From positions 1 through 64,000 of the forward strand of contig JASTWF010000070.1 in NCBI GenBank assembly GCA_030390025.1: a stretch of 64,000 bases of DNA, written 5' to 3'. Under the pieces are notes generated by a model. It did not search any database. It worked only from the letters and a program-made list of their open reading frames with translations, and had not been told where the DNA came from. The stretch is from Squalus acanthias. Its lineage: Eukaryota. This document shows positions 48,820-59,977 of the stretch, one piece after another (position 1 is the stretch's first letter; each line of letters begins with the position of its first letter). The translations under genes and the position numbers were made by a program.

Positions 48820-50480
48820 AGTATGTACAGCACAGCGACAGGCCATTCGGCCCAACAGGTCCGTGCCGGTGTTTATGCTCCACACGAGTGCCCTCCCATC
48901 CCACTTCATTATAAACCCATCAATATCCATCTATTCATTTCTCCCGCATGTATTTATCCAGCTTCCCCTTAAATGCATCTGTGCTATTCGTCTCAACCAC
49001 TGTCTGTGGTAGCGAGTTCCACATTCTCACCGCTCTCTGGGTAAAGAAGTTTCTCCTGAATTCCCAATTGGTTTTAATAGTAACTATCTTTTATTTGTGG
49101 CGCCGAGTTCTGATCCCAAGCGCCCCCACCCCCCGCCACAAATGGAACGATCTTCTCTACGTCGACCCTATCAAAGGTTTTGACAGAGTAGATAGCGAGA
49201 GAATGTTTCCATTTGTGGGGTAGAGCATAACTAGAGGCCATCAATATAAGATAGTCACCAAGAAATTCATTAGGGAATTCAGGACAAAACTTTTTACCCG
49301 GAGAGTGGTGAGAATGTGGAACTCGCTACCACAGGGAGTGGTTGAAGCGAATAGTATAGATGCATTTGAAGGGGGAGGCTGGACAACCATGTGAGGGAGT
49401 CGGGAATAGAGGGATAAGCTGATTGATTTAGATGAGGAAAGACGGGAGGAGGCTCGAGTGGAGCATAAACGCTGGAATGGATTGGTTGGGCCGAATGGCC
49501 TGTTTCTGTGCCGTATATCCTATGTAATCCTATGTAAACCCTTTCATAATCTAAAGTCCTCTATCAGGTCACCTCTCAGTCTTCACTTTTGTCGAGAAAG
49601 GAGCCCAGCCTGTTCAATCTTTCCTGATAGGCATAACGTCTCAATTCTGGTATCATCCTAGTAAATCTTTTTGTATCTTCTCCAGTGTCTCTATATCCTT
49701 TTTATAATATGGAACCCAGAAATGTTCTCAGTATTCCAAGTGTGGTCCAACCAAGGTTCTACAGAAATCTAACATAACTTCTCTGCTTTTCAATTCTATC
49801 CCTCTAGAAATGAACCCCAGTTCTTGGTTTGCTTTTATGGCCTTATTAACCTGCGTCGCTACTTTTAGTGATTTGTGTATCTGTACCTCCAGATCCCACT
49901 GCTCCTCTGCTCCATTTAGACACTTATTTTCCAAGGAGTATGTGACCTCCTTATTCTTCCGACCCAAACGGTTTCTGTCTAACGTTTCATCTAAGAGAGG
50001 AGAAAGGTGTCACTTGGGCTACCATATATCAGATGAGTTGCGGACAAACACTTAGAATCCGTAATTTGAACTGACTGTGGTGAGCATTTAAAAATGGCTG
50101 GGCTAGTTAAGGACAACCAGCAGCGATTTGTGAAAGTGGAGTCGTGTTTAACAAATTTAAAAGAGCTTTCGTGGAACGGACCGATTGGATAGTTAAAGGG
50201 ATTGCAGTAGATGTAACGTGTATGGAATTCCAGGAGGCGTTTGATAAAGTTTCGCACGAGAAGGCTGTTAGGAAACAATTTAGGGGTTTGGTGTGAAGGA
50301 GATGTGGCAGCATGGATGGAAAGTTAGATGACATTCAAAACATAAGGAGATAGGGTAAATGGGTATTCCTCGGATTGGCGAAGGATTTGAAGTGGTGCAT
50401 CCCAGGGGACAGAGTGGGCTTTGGGATTCGTTTTGGATTGATACAGGAATATGGAGAGAGAGCCGGATAATGGGATTAGT
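48820..50480. mobile_element. Nested and degenerate CR1 LINE fragments in the gene D intron
   Basis: RT C-terminal motifs in both orientations (e.g. ORF 49728-49967 GFISRGIELKSREVML...VGPHLEY). Confidence 0.75.
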
Positions 50481-50599
50481 TTTGGATCCATCTAGCAAAG
50501 AGCCGGCACAAACATGGAGGGCCTTTCAGTCTCCTTCTTTGTCCCACCCTTCGATAGATTCATGGTTATATAGTTCTGTCTGTCTATTTGTCTGCCTGT

Positions 50600-50790
50600 N
50601 NNNNNNNNNNNNNNNNNNNNNNNNNNNNNNNNNNNNNNNNNNNNNNNNNNNNNNNNNNNNNNNNNNNNNNNNNNNNNNNNNNNNNNNNNNNNNNNNNNNN
50701 NNNNNNNNNNNNNNNNNNNNNNNNNNNNNNNNNNNNNNNNNNNNNNNNNNNNNNNNNNNNNNNNNNNNNNNNNNNNNNNNNNNNNNNNNN
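50600..50790. other. Assembly gap (191 N), probably a TCTA/TCTG microsatellite
   Basis: Run of N; left flank begins a tctg/tcta repeat and the paralogous position (1-56) is a (CTAT)n tract. Confidence 0.9.
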
Positions 50791-50978
50791 NAATGATTTT
50801 CAGCAACATTTTTAATTTGTTCTCGTGATGTGGGTGACGCTGGTAAGTCTGGCATTAATTGTCCATCCCTAGCGGTTGAGAAGTTGGTGGTGGGCCTAAT
50901 TGAACCTTATGCGAGAACCAGAAAGCTCGGGTTACGGGATTTAAAAAAAATAAAAGGTTGTTTTTTTTCTTTCTTCAG

Positions 50979-51095
50979 GGCCCCCGCAACAAACCAACTG
51001 CAGATTACTGCTTTACGGGAGTTCGGCGGCGGCGCTTCTGCTTCTGCTGATGGTTATTGTCGCCGCGGGAAGGAGCTGCAGGAACCGGCGGTCAG
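50979..51095 (+). CDS. Gene D transmembrane exon GPPQQTNCRLLLYGSSAAALLLLLMVIVAAGRSCRNRRS
   Basis: Strong pyrimidine acceptor, 117 nt phase 1-1, hydrophobic run then Arg-rich stop-transfer; joined to C1 across the N gap. Confidence 0.8.
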
Positions 51096-51238
51096 GTAGC
51101 GGTTGTCGGGAGGCGCTCCAACTCCACGGCGCTCCCAATCAATCCATTTATTGTGTCATTGACTCATTACATGTTAGTGGGTCGGTTCAGTGTGAAATGT
51201 GTGCATTTAGACTTAGATTAAGTTTCTCTTTATATTAG

Positions 51239-51297
51239 GCAACACGAAGAGCGATCAGAAATTGACCGATTCGAGACCACGTGCACAAGAGAAGGAG
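51239..51297 (+). CDS. Gene D cytoplasmic exon 1 GNTKSDQKLTDSRPRAQEKE
   Basis: tttctctttatattag acceptor, GAG|GTAGA donor, 59 nt phase 1 to 0, exactly bridging TM and terminal exon. Confidence 0.68.
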
Positions 51298-51327
51298 GTA
51301 GATATGAAAATAATTGTTTTTGCTCAA

Positions 51328-53440
51328 CATAGAAACATAGAAACATAGAAGATAGCAGGAGTAGGCCACCGGCCCCTCGAGCCTGCTCCACCATTCAATG
51401 AGATCATCGCTGATCATCCAAATTCAGTACCCTGTCCCTGCTTTCTCCCCATATCCCTCGATCCCTTTAGCCTTAAGAAATATATCCAACTCCTTCTTGA
51501 ATATATTTAATGAATTGGCCTCAACTGCCTTTTGTGGTAGAGAATTCCACAGGTTCACCACTCTCTGGCTGAAGAAATTCCTCCTCATCTCTGTCCTAAA
51601 AGGCTTACCCCTTATCTTTAGGCTGTGACCCCTGGTTCTGGACTCCCACGCCACCGGGAACATCCTTGCTGCATCTAATCTGTCTAGTCCTGTTAGAATT
51701 TTATAAGTTTCAATGAGATCCCCTCTCATTCTTCTGAACTCCAGCGAATATAAGCCCAATCGACCCAATCTCTCTTCATACGTCATTCCTGCCAGCCCAG
51801 GTATCAGTCTGGTGAATCGTCGCTGCACTCCCTCCATGGCAAGAACATCCTTCCTCAGATAAGGTGACCAAAACTGCACACAATACTCAAGATGTGGTCT
51901 CACCAAGGCCCTGTACAACTGCAGCAAGACATCCTTGCTCCTGTACTCGAATCCTCTCGCGATGAAGGCCAACATTCCATTTGCCTTCTTAACTGCTTGC
52001 TGCACATTCATGCTTACCTTCAGCGACTGGTGCACAAGGACACCCAGGTCTCGTTGCACTTCCCCTTCTCCCAATCTATTGCCGTTCAGATACTAATCTG
52101 CCTTCTTGTTTTTGCCACCAAAGTTGATAACCTCGCATTTATCCACATTATACTGCATCTGCCATGCATCTGCCCAATCACCCAACCTGTCCAAATTATA
52201 CTGGAGTTTCTCGGCATCCTCCTCACAGCACACACGCCCACCCAGCTTTGTGTCGTCTGCAAACTTGGAGATATTGCATCTAGTTCCCTCGTCTAGATCA
52301 TTAATAGATATTGTGAATAGCTGGGGTCCCAGCACCGATCCCTGCGGTACCCCACTAGTCACTGCCTGCCACTCGGAAAAAGACCCGTTTATTCCAACTC
52401 TTTGCTTCCTGTCTGCCAACCAATTCTCTATCCAAGTCAGTACCTTACCCTCAATCCCATGTGCTTTACCTTTACACGCTAATCTCTTATGCGGCACCTT
52501 ATCGAAAGCCTTCTGAAAGTCCAAATACACCACATCCACTGGTTCTCCCTTATCTATTCTACCAGTTACATCCTCAAAAAATTCCAGTAGATTAGTCAAG
52601 CACGATTTACCGCTTGTAAATCCATGTTGACTTTGTCCGATCCTGTCACTGTTTTCTAAAGCTCTGCTATTACATCTTGTATAATGGACTCTAGCATTTT
52701 CCCCACGACTGATGTCAGGCTTACCATTCCACGTTTTCTCTCTGCCACCTTTTTTAAATAGTGGGGTTACATTAGCTACCCTCCAATCCATGGGAACTGT
52801 GGCAGAGTCTATAGAATTTTGGAAGATGACTAGCAATGCATCTACTATTTCTTGGGGCACTTCCTTAAGTACCCTAGGATGTAGTTTATCAGACCCTGGG
52901 GATTTATCGGCCTTTAATCCCGTCAATTTCCCTAACACCATTTCCCTACAAATACTGATTTCATTCAGTTCCTCCCTCTCATTAGATCCTATGTTCCCCG
53001 TCATCTCTGGGAGGTTATTTGTGTCCTTCTTTGTGAAGACAGAACCAAAGTATGTATTTAATTGATCAGCCATTTCCTTGTTCCCCATTATAAATTCCCC
53101 TGATTCTGACTGCAAGGGACCTACGCTTAACTTCACCAATCTTTTTCTCTTCACATATCTATAGAAGCTTTTACAGTCAGTTTTTATGTTCCCTGAAAGC
53201 TTACTCTCATACTTTATTTCCCCCCCTTTATTAATCCTTTTGTCCTCCTTTGCTGAATCCTAAACTGCTCCCAATCCTCAGGTTTGCTGCTTTTTCTGGC
53301 CAATTTATATGTCCTCTCCTTGGATCTTATGCTATCCCTAATTTTCCTTGGTAGCCACGGTTGTGCCACCTTTTTTGTTTTATTTTTATGCCAGACAGGG
53401 ATGAACAAATTCTGTAGTTCATCCATGGGATCTTTAAATT
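51328..53440 (-). mobile_element. 5'-truncated CR1 LINE (about 2.1 kb)
   Basis: ORFs 52093-53154 (YLDFQKAFDKVPH, SGVPQGSVLGP, KFADD) and 51424-52074; (catagaaa)n tail; absent from copy 1. Confidence 0.95.
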
Positions 53441-54136
53441 TTGATACCTTGCACTTATTTTAACCCAATGTTTAAGATTCATAGTCAACGAGTCTATAAA
53501 ACATTGCATAGTGAGCACTACAGGGTAGCACTGTTTTCCTTTTATGTAAAACTGCGAACGTAGATTAAAAAAATATAGATCTGGACATTTGAAATTGCAG
53601 AATGATGATTCACCAGCGTGATACCCGGGACTAAAAGGGTTAAATTATGAGGACAGGTTGCACAGACTAGGCTTATATTCCCTCAAATATAGAATATTAA
53701 GGGGTGATTTAATTGTGGTGTTTAAGCTGATTGAAGATTCGATGGGGTAGATAGAGAGAAACTATTTCCTCTGGTGGGGGGAGTCCAGAACAAGGGGGCA
53801 TCACCTTAAAATTAGAGCCAGGCCGTTCAGGGGTGATGTCAGGAAGCACTTCTTCACACAAAGGGTGGTGGAAATCTGGAACTCTCTCTCCCAAAAAGCT
53901 GCTGAGGCTGGGGGTCAATTGGAAATTGCAAAACTGAGAGATTTTTTGATATGTTCCTGCTGGGTAAGGGTATTAAGGGTTAGGCAACCAAGGCGGGTAG
54001 ATGCAGTTAAGATACAGATCAGCCATGATGTCATTGAATGGCGGAACAGTCTCGAGGGGCTGAACAGCCTCCTCCTGTCCCTCTGTTCCTATGATGATGA
54101 TGTGGGCCATGATAATGTTTCTGTTTTCTCTCATAG

Positions 54137-54181
54137 ACTCTTTACGCCCACCTGGCGTTTAATGCGGTTCCGACCCTCTGA
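54137..54181 (+). CDS. Gene D terminal exon TLYAHLAFNAVPTL* (ITIM/ITSM-like TxYxxL)
   Basis: ctgttttctctcatag acceptor, phase 0, TGA 54179-54181; AATAAA 54898-54903 conserved at 1803-1808. Confidence 0.7.
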   Translation, partial: TLYAHLAFNAVPTL

Positions 54182-55079
54182 CGGGAAAGGAAAGCAAGCG
54201 CCTGCCGGATATGACGTGTTGTGGAAAGTTCCCTCTGCTTTGCTCTCATTGTGGGATCAGTAAGACACGCTGCTCAGTAACAATTCAAGCCTCATGTTCC
54301 TCAATTGTGTACCGCTTCCGCGTGCTTTTGGGATCCATTGACAGGAAATTGGCAATCTCATTCAGAAGACCAACTGGCGCAGTAGAGCCCTGAGGTGTGA
54401 ACCCTTCCGAGAGACTTTGATACGCCGGGTTCAAGTCCCAAAGCACCGCAGAAATCCGACTATTGGAAGCGGTGGCGTGCAGCTAAAGTGTTCAATTGCT
54501 ATCTTCATTGACGTCTCACTGCGGCGATCTCACGTTCTCTTACCGACTTGATGTGCATTTATCAATAATTAACCCTCACTCGGAAGAGAGACTGACCAAT
54601 GCAGAACCGGCGTATCGCCTACTGGAGAGTCTTAACGCCGAACATAACCGGAGCAATTTGAAGCGCATTTTGCAAATGGGAAATTTGTCCCAAAGCGGAA
54701 ATTCTAAACATATTTAAATTTCTCTTTCACATCGTCTGCTTATCTTAAGATGACACATCGCCTGCAGTTTCGGTTCAATCTCGACATGTTTCTCCTGTCC
54801 TGTATTGACGTTATTAGATTCATTTCGCGTCTTTGTATGCGAGCACGATATAATTCAAATAATCTTTACAATGCATCAGTGTTGAAGTTACAAATACAAT
54901 AAAACAGGTTTTCAAACTCCAGCATTGTGTTTGTGATTCCAGCCCTTTGATCGTTCAGTCCAGATGTGCTCAGTGTATCTCTACCGCCGATTTACAATGC
55001 ACATTTATAGAGTAAATGTGTGCGGTTCAAAAGTGGTGCTCAGGACCGAATGGGCAGCTCAGGCACTGCCTCTGGCTTA

Positions 55080-55510
55080 AGGCTGCATTGATATTAAAGC
55101 TGGAGTTTAGAAGAATGAGAGGTGATCTCATTGAAACATACAAAATTCTTGCAGGGCTTGACAGGGTCGATGCAGGGAGCATGTTTCCCCTGGCTGGGCA
55201 GTCTAGAACCAGGGGTCACAGTCTGAGAATAAGGGGTCGGCCTTTTAGGACTGAGATGAGGAGAAACTTCTTCACTCAGAGGGTGGTGAATCTTTGGAAT
55301 TCTCTACCCCAGAGGGCTGTGGAGGCTCAGTCGTTGAGTATATTCAAGACAGAGAGCGATAGATTTTTGTACTCCAGGGAATCAAGGGATATGGGGATAG
55401 AGCAGGAAATTGGAGATGAGGTAGAAGATCAGCCATGATCTTATTGAATGGCGGAGCAGGCTCGAGGGGCCAAATGGCCGACTCCTGCTCCTATTTCTTA
55501 TGTTCTTGTG
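55080..55510 (+). mobile_element. Short CR1 3' insertion specific to copy 2
   Basis: LEFRRMRGDLIETYKIL...; empty site attaaagctggattgtaagtggacccc at about 2000-2026. Confidence 0.9.
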
Positions 55511-58390
55511 TAAATGGACCCCGAGCTTTCTCTGTTTCTGATCTGGGAGTGAACTCAGTCACATTTACCATTGAAAGTAAATTATTTTAAATCCATCTGC
55601 TCTTTTTTAATAAGGCAGTTAAGTGATTTCTTCAGCAAATTTATGGTGGTTTTTGCCCACTATTAGTATCTGTTAGTTCTTAGAAAATACGTTTTCAAAT
55701 GGGGTTCAGGATCTTGGGTGCAGGTACACAAATCACTAAAATTAGCGACACAGGTTAACAAGGCCATTAAAACAAGCAAAACAATCACTGGGGTTAATTT
55801 CTGGAGGGATAGAATTGAAATGCAGCGAAGTTGTGTTGAACTTGTATTGAACCTTGGTTAGACCACACTTGGAGCACTGTGCACAGTTCTGGTCTCCATA
55901 TTATAAAAAGGATATAGAGGCACTGGAGAAGGTGCAAAAAAGATGTACAAGGATGATACAGAACTGAAACGTTATACACATCAGGAAAGATTGAACAGGC
56001 TGAGGCACATTTGTCTTAAAAAGAGAAGGTTGAGGGGTGACCTGATAGAGGCCTTTAAGATAATGGAAAGGTTTTGATAGGAAGAGAAGTTGTTTTGACT
56101 TTTGAAGAGACCAGAACTAGGGGCCATAAATAGAAGATAGTCACTAATAAATCCAATAAGGAATTCAGCAGAAACTTCTTTACCCAGAGACTCGGGAGAA
56201 TGTGGAACTCGCTATCACAGGGAGTGGTTGAGGAGAATAGTATAGATGAATTTAAGGGGAAGCTAGATAAACACATGAGGGAGAAAGGGATAGAAGGATA
56301 TGCTGATGGGATGAGATGAAGAGGAGTGGGAGAATGCTCGTGTGGAGCAGAAACACCAACACGGACCAGTTGTTCCGAATGGCCTGTTTCTGTGCTGTGA
56401 ACACTTTGTAACTTTGTAAAGCAGAACCCTTCGGCTGTGACTGAAAGCGGTTTGCTGGTGACGTTAATAATTCGCAGCGGCAACACAATTCGCTCTTCAC
56501 ATTACAAAATCGGTCAAATATAAGAGTAAAATTCAAAGGCTGTTTCGCCGAGATGCTATGATATATTTCGGGCAAAGCTTCGATTTCATATACATTTAAA
56601 AGCTGGGTATGAGGCCGTTGCTGTGAAATCAGTCTTCAATTTGCCTGTTAGTAATCCGAACTAATTATCCTACTAGCGAAAGGAACATAGGAACAGGAGG
56701 AGGCCATGCAGCCCCTCGAGCCTGTTCCACCATTCAATTAGATCACAGCTGACCTGCAGGTTAACTCCATCTACCCGCCTTGGTTCCATAACCCTTAATA
56801 CCCTTGTCCAGCAAAAATCTATCAACCTCAGTTTTGAAAATTTCAATTGACCCCCAGCCTCTACACCTTTTATGGAGAGAGAGTTCCAGATTTCCACCAC
56901 CCTTTGTGTGAAGAAGTGCTTCCTGACATCACCCCTGAACGTCCTGGCTCTACTTTTAAGGTGATGCCCCCTTGTTCTGGACTCCCCCCAACCAGAGGAA
57001 ATAGTTGCTCTCTATCTACCCTATCAAATCCTTTAATCATCTTAAACACCTCTATTAGCTCACCCTTTAATCTTCTAAACTCTGGAGAATATAAGGCTTG
57101 TCTATGGAACCTGTCCTTAGAATTTCAGCCTTTTTGCCCCAGTATCGTCCTGGTGAACTTAGATCAGCTTTATAGAGCCCTACAATATATATTAACATTA
57201 ATGAGAACACGGTTGTTAGGAATTTATTCAAATCCTCAGGTAATTTATTGGACAGGTTCTGAGAGATTGATTTGAAAGGGTCTTTGTCAGGAACTGTTTT
57301 TGTTGCTCCTGAATCTCATTCGGTTGTACATGCTGATTCCAAAGTAATCAGAAGGGGAATACTTAGACTGATCTGACCCTGATGGATAAAGCAAAATAAC
57401 CACCTATGGTGCAATCCTGTCTCTGGTTGAATATCTTCTCCCAAAATTGTGCAAACCTGGGATCTTGAACATAGGAATTGCTAGACGAGAAAGGGCCAAG
57501 GTCCTTCCTTACTCTTATACTCCAACCCCTGTGCAATAAAGGCCAACATGCCAGTTGCCATACCTTCTACCATCCTGGTAATCGCATGATACAATGATAA
57601 TGCGGTTGTCATGGCAATCCATCCCTATCCACGAATCTACAAGAGACCCAGATCTGACGTGAGCAAACCTCCAGTGGTGGAGAGCTTTAGGAAACCACAG
57701 GTCCAAAGTCACCCATTCCTCCCAAGCCACGCTACACTCACCATCTGTCTCTGACATGTAGTTTTGACATTACTACACACAGCAAAACACACTACCCCAA
57801 AGGTAAAATGGAACCAGGCACAATTCCCCGCATCTCTGCCCGCGATTCTCTCCTGTTGTGATCTTAGTCTGTAAATGATTAAGCCTCTGGCTTCTCAGAC
57901 AGAGGATATCGCCACTAACAGTATCTCAATTCAGGACCGATATTGTCAGTTCAATAGTCATTGAAGTTTTATCCTGATCACATTTAATTATAAGTGAAGT
58001 ATTGATCGATAGGAACCTCTCGTGCATCGTTACATTCGAAGAATAATTTATTTTATTTATACACAAGCATTTGGAAAAAAAATGTTGTTACTAACTGGAG
58101 CTGCAGGATGAGCAGGAAAGGTTCAGAGAAAGACCAAACCGAGAAGTCCCTGCTCTTAATGTTGGTCTCACACTTGAATTACACTAATGCAGTGGAATAT
58201 CTTTACAATACTCAAAGCACGTTCGTTTACATTGAATAGAAAGAGTCTTTGCAAACTCTGGCGAGTGCAGGGAGATAGTTTGGATGTTTGACGGGCGTCT
58301 CCGTGGCTCCATTCTTTTTCCCGCCGGCTGTGGGTTCTTTTGGAAGTCCTGTCTCCTCCCGCATCCATCCGATAGAAACCCTCCGGGTTC

Positions 58391-58477
58391 TCATCCGCGA
58401 CCCGCCTTCTTTTTTGATGACTTTTCCGAGGCAGCAAATTGCAGAGAGGCGTAAAGTATCTGGTCTCGAGGGCCGCC
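58391..58477 (-). CDS. Terminal exon of a second A-type gene (A'), GGPRDQILYASLQFAASEKSSKKKAGRG*, canonical ITIM; upstream exons expected right of the window
   Basis: Paralog of 4401-4487 with the same acceptor, frame and stop; ILYASL fits [ILVS]xYxx[LV]. Confidence 0.68.
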   Translation of the reverse strand, partial: GGPRDQILYASLQFAASEKSSKKKAGRG

Positions 58478-58559
58478 CTGAGACAGGAAAATATATTAAA
58501 CATTGACATTTCTAGATATTTAAAGGTAGTTCAAACTATCTCGTCCTGCAGTCGCGTTT

Positions 58560-59600
58560 CATGGAATCAGAGAACGATGCAGCACAGAAGCAGGCCGTTC
58601 GGTCCATCGTGCCTGTGCTGGCTCTTTGAAAGATCATAAGAACATAGGAATTAGGAGCAGGAGTAGGCCATACGGCCCCTCGAGCCTGCTCCGCCATTCA
58701 ATAAGATCATGGCTGATCATCGACTTCAACTCCTCTTTCCTACTCGATCTCCATATTCCTTGATTCCCCTAGAGTCCAAAAATCTATCTATCTCAGTCTT
58801 GAATATACTCAAAGACTGAGCATCCACAGGCCTCTGGGGCAGAGAATTCCAAAGATTCTCAACCCTCTGAGTGAAGAAATTCCTCCTAATCTTCGTCTTA
58901 AATGGCCTACCCCTTATCCTGAGATTATGTCCCCTAGTTCCAGACATGCCAGCCAGGGAAAACAGCTTCTCAGCATCTACCCTTTCAACCCCCTCCAGTA
59001 TCTTGTATGTTTCGATGAGATCACCTCTCATTCTTCTAAACTCCAGAGAGAATAGACCCAATCTACACAATCTCTCATCATAATACAGCCCTCTCATCCC
59101 AGGAATCAATCTAGTGAACCTTTGTTGCACCGCCTCCAAGGCAAGTACATCTTTCCTAAGATAAGGAGACCAAAACTGTGCACAGTACTCCAGGTGTTGT
59201 CTCACGAAGGCCCTGTATAATTGTAGCAAGACCTCCTTACTCTTATACTCCTACTCCCTTTCAGTAAAGGCCAATATGCCATTTGCCTTCCTTATTACAT
59301 GCTATACCTGCATGCTAGCTTTCTGTGTTTCTTGCACGAGGACATCCAATTCTCTCTCAACACAAACATTTAAAAGTTTCTCACCGTTTAATAAATATAC
59401 TGTTTTTCGATTCTTCCTACCAAAGTGAATAACCTCACATTTCCCTACATTATACTTCATCTGCCACCTTACTGCCCACTCTATCCAATTAGTCCCACTC
59501 TCCCTGCTTTTCCCCACAGACTTGCACATTTTTATCCTTCGAGTATTTATCCAATTCGCTTTTGAAATTAAGCATTGAATCTACTTCCATCACCCGCTTT
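58560..59600 (-). mobile_element. CR1-type LINE 3' fragment (counterpart of 4560-5610)
   Basis: ORFs 58726-59229 and 59302-59529. Confidence 0.92.
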
Positions 59601-59928
59601 CTAAATTTGAGAATTTGCTTAATATGTCCACACAAGAACTGTCTGAATTAATGTTTTAACACACAGAGGAGCACAACTCTTAAAGCAGTGAACCCAGAAA
59701 TCACCACATTTAATCAGGAAACTGGGATGATGAGTCTATCTGTTTGATAGGATAGACACATCAAAAACAATCCAATCAGACGGTCATGTTTTGCCATGCG
59801 CCATCTACAAGGTTACATAGATCACAATCACTCACACACAATCAATCACACCCAGACAGAATCACACACACACAGACACTCAATCACTCACACACACACA
59901 ATCAATAATACCCAGACAGAATAACACT

Positions 59929-59959
<31 letters not shown>

Positions 59960-59977
59960 AATCACACCCAGACAGAA

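Noticed and set aside
50359-50855. ORFs spanning the N run
   Set aside because: Artefacts of translating the assembly gap.
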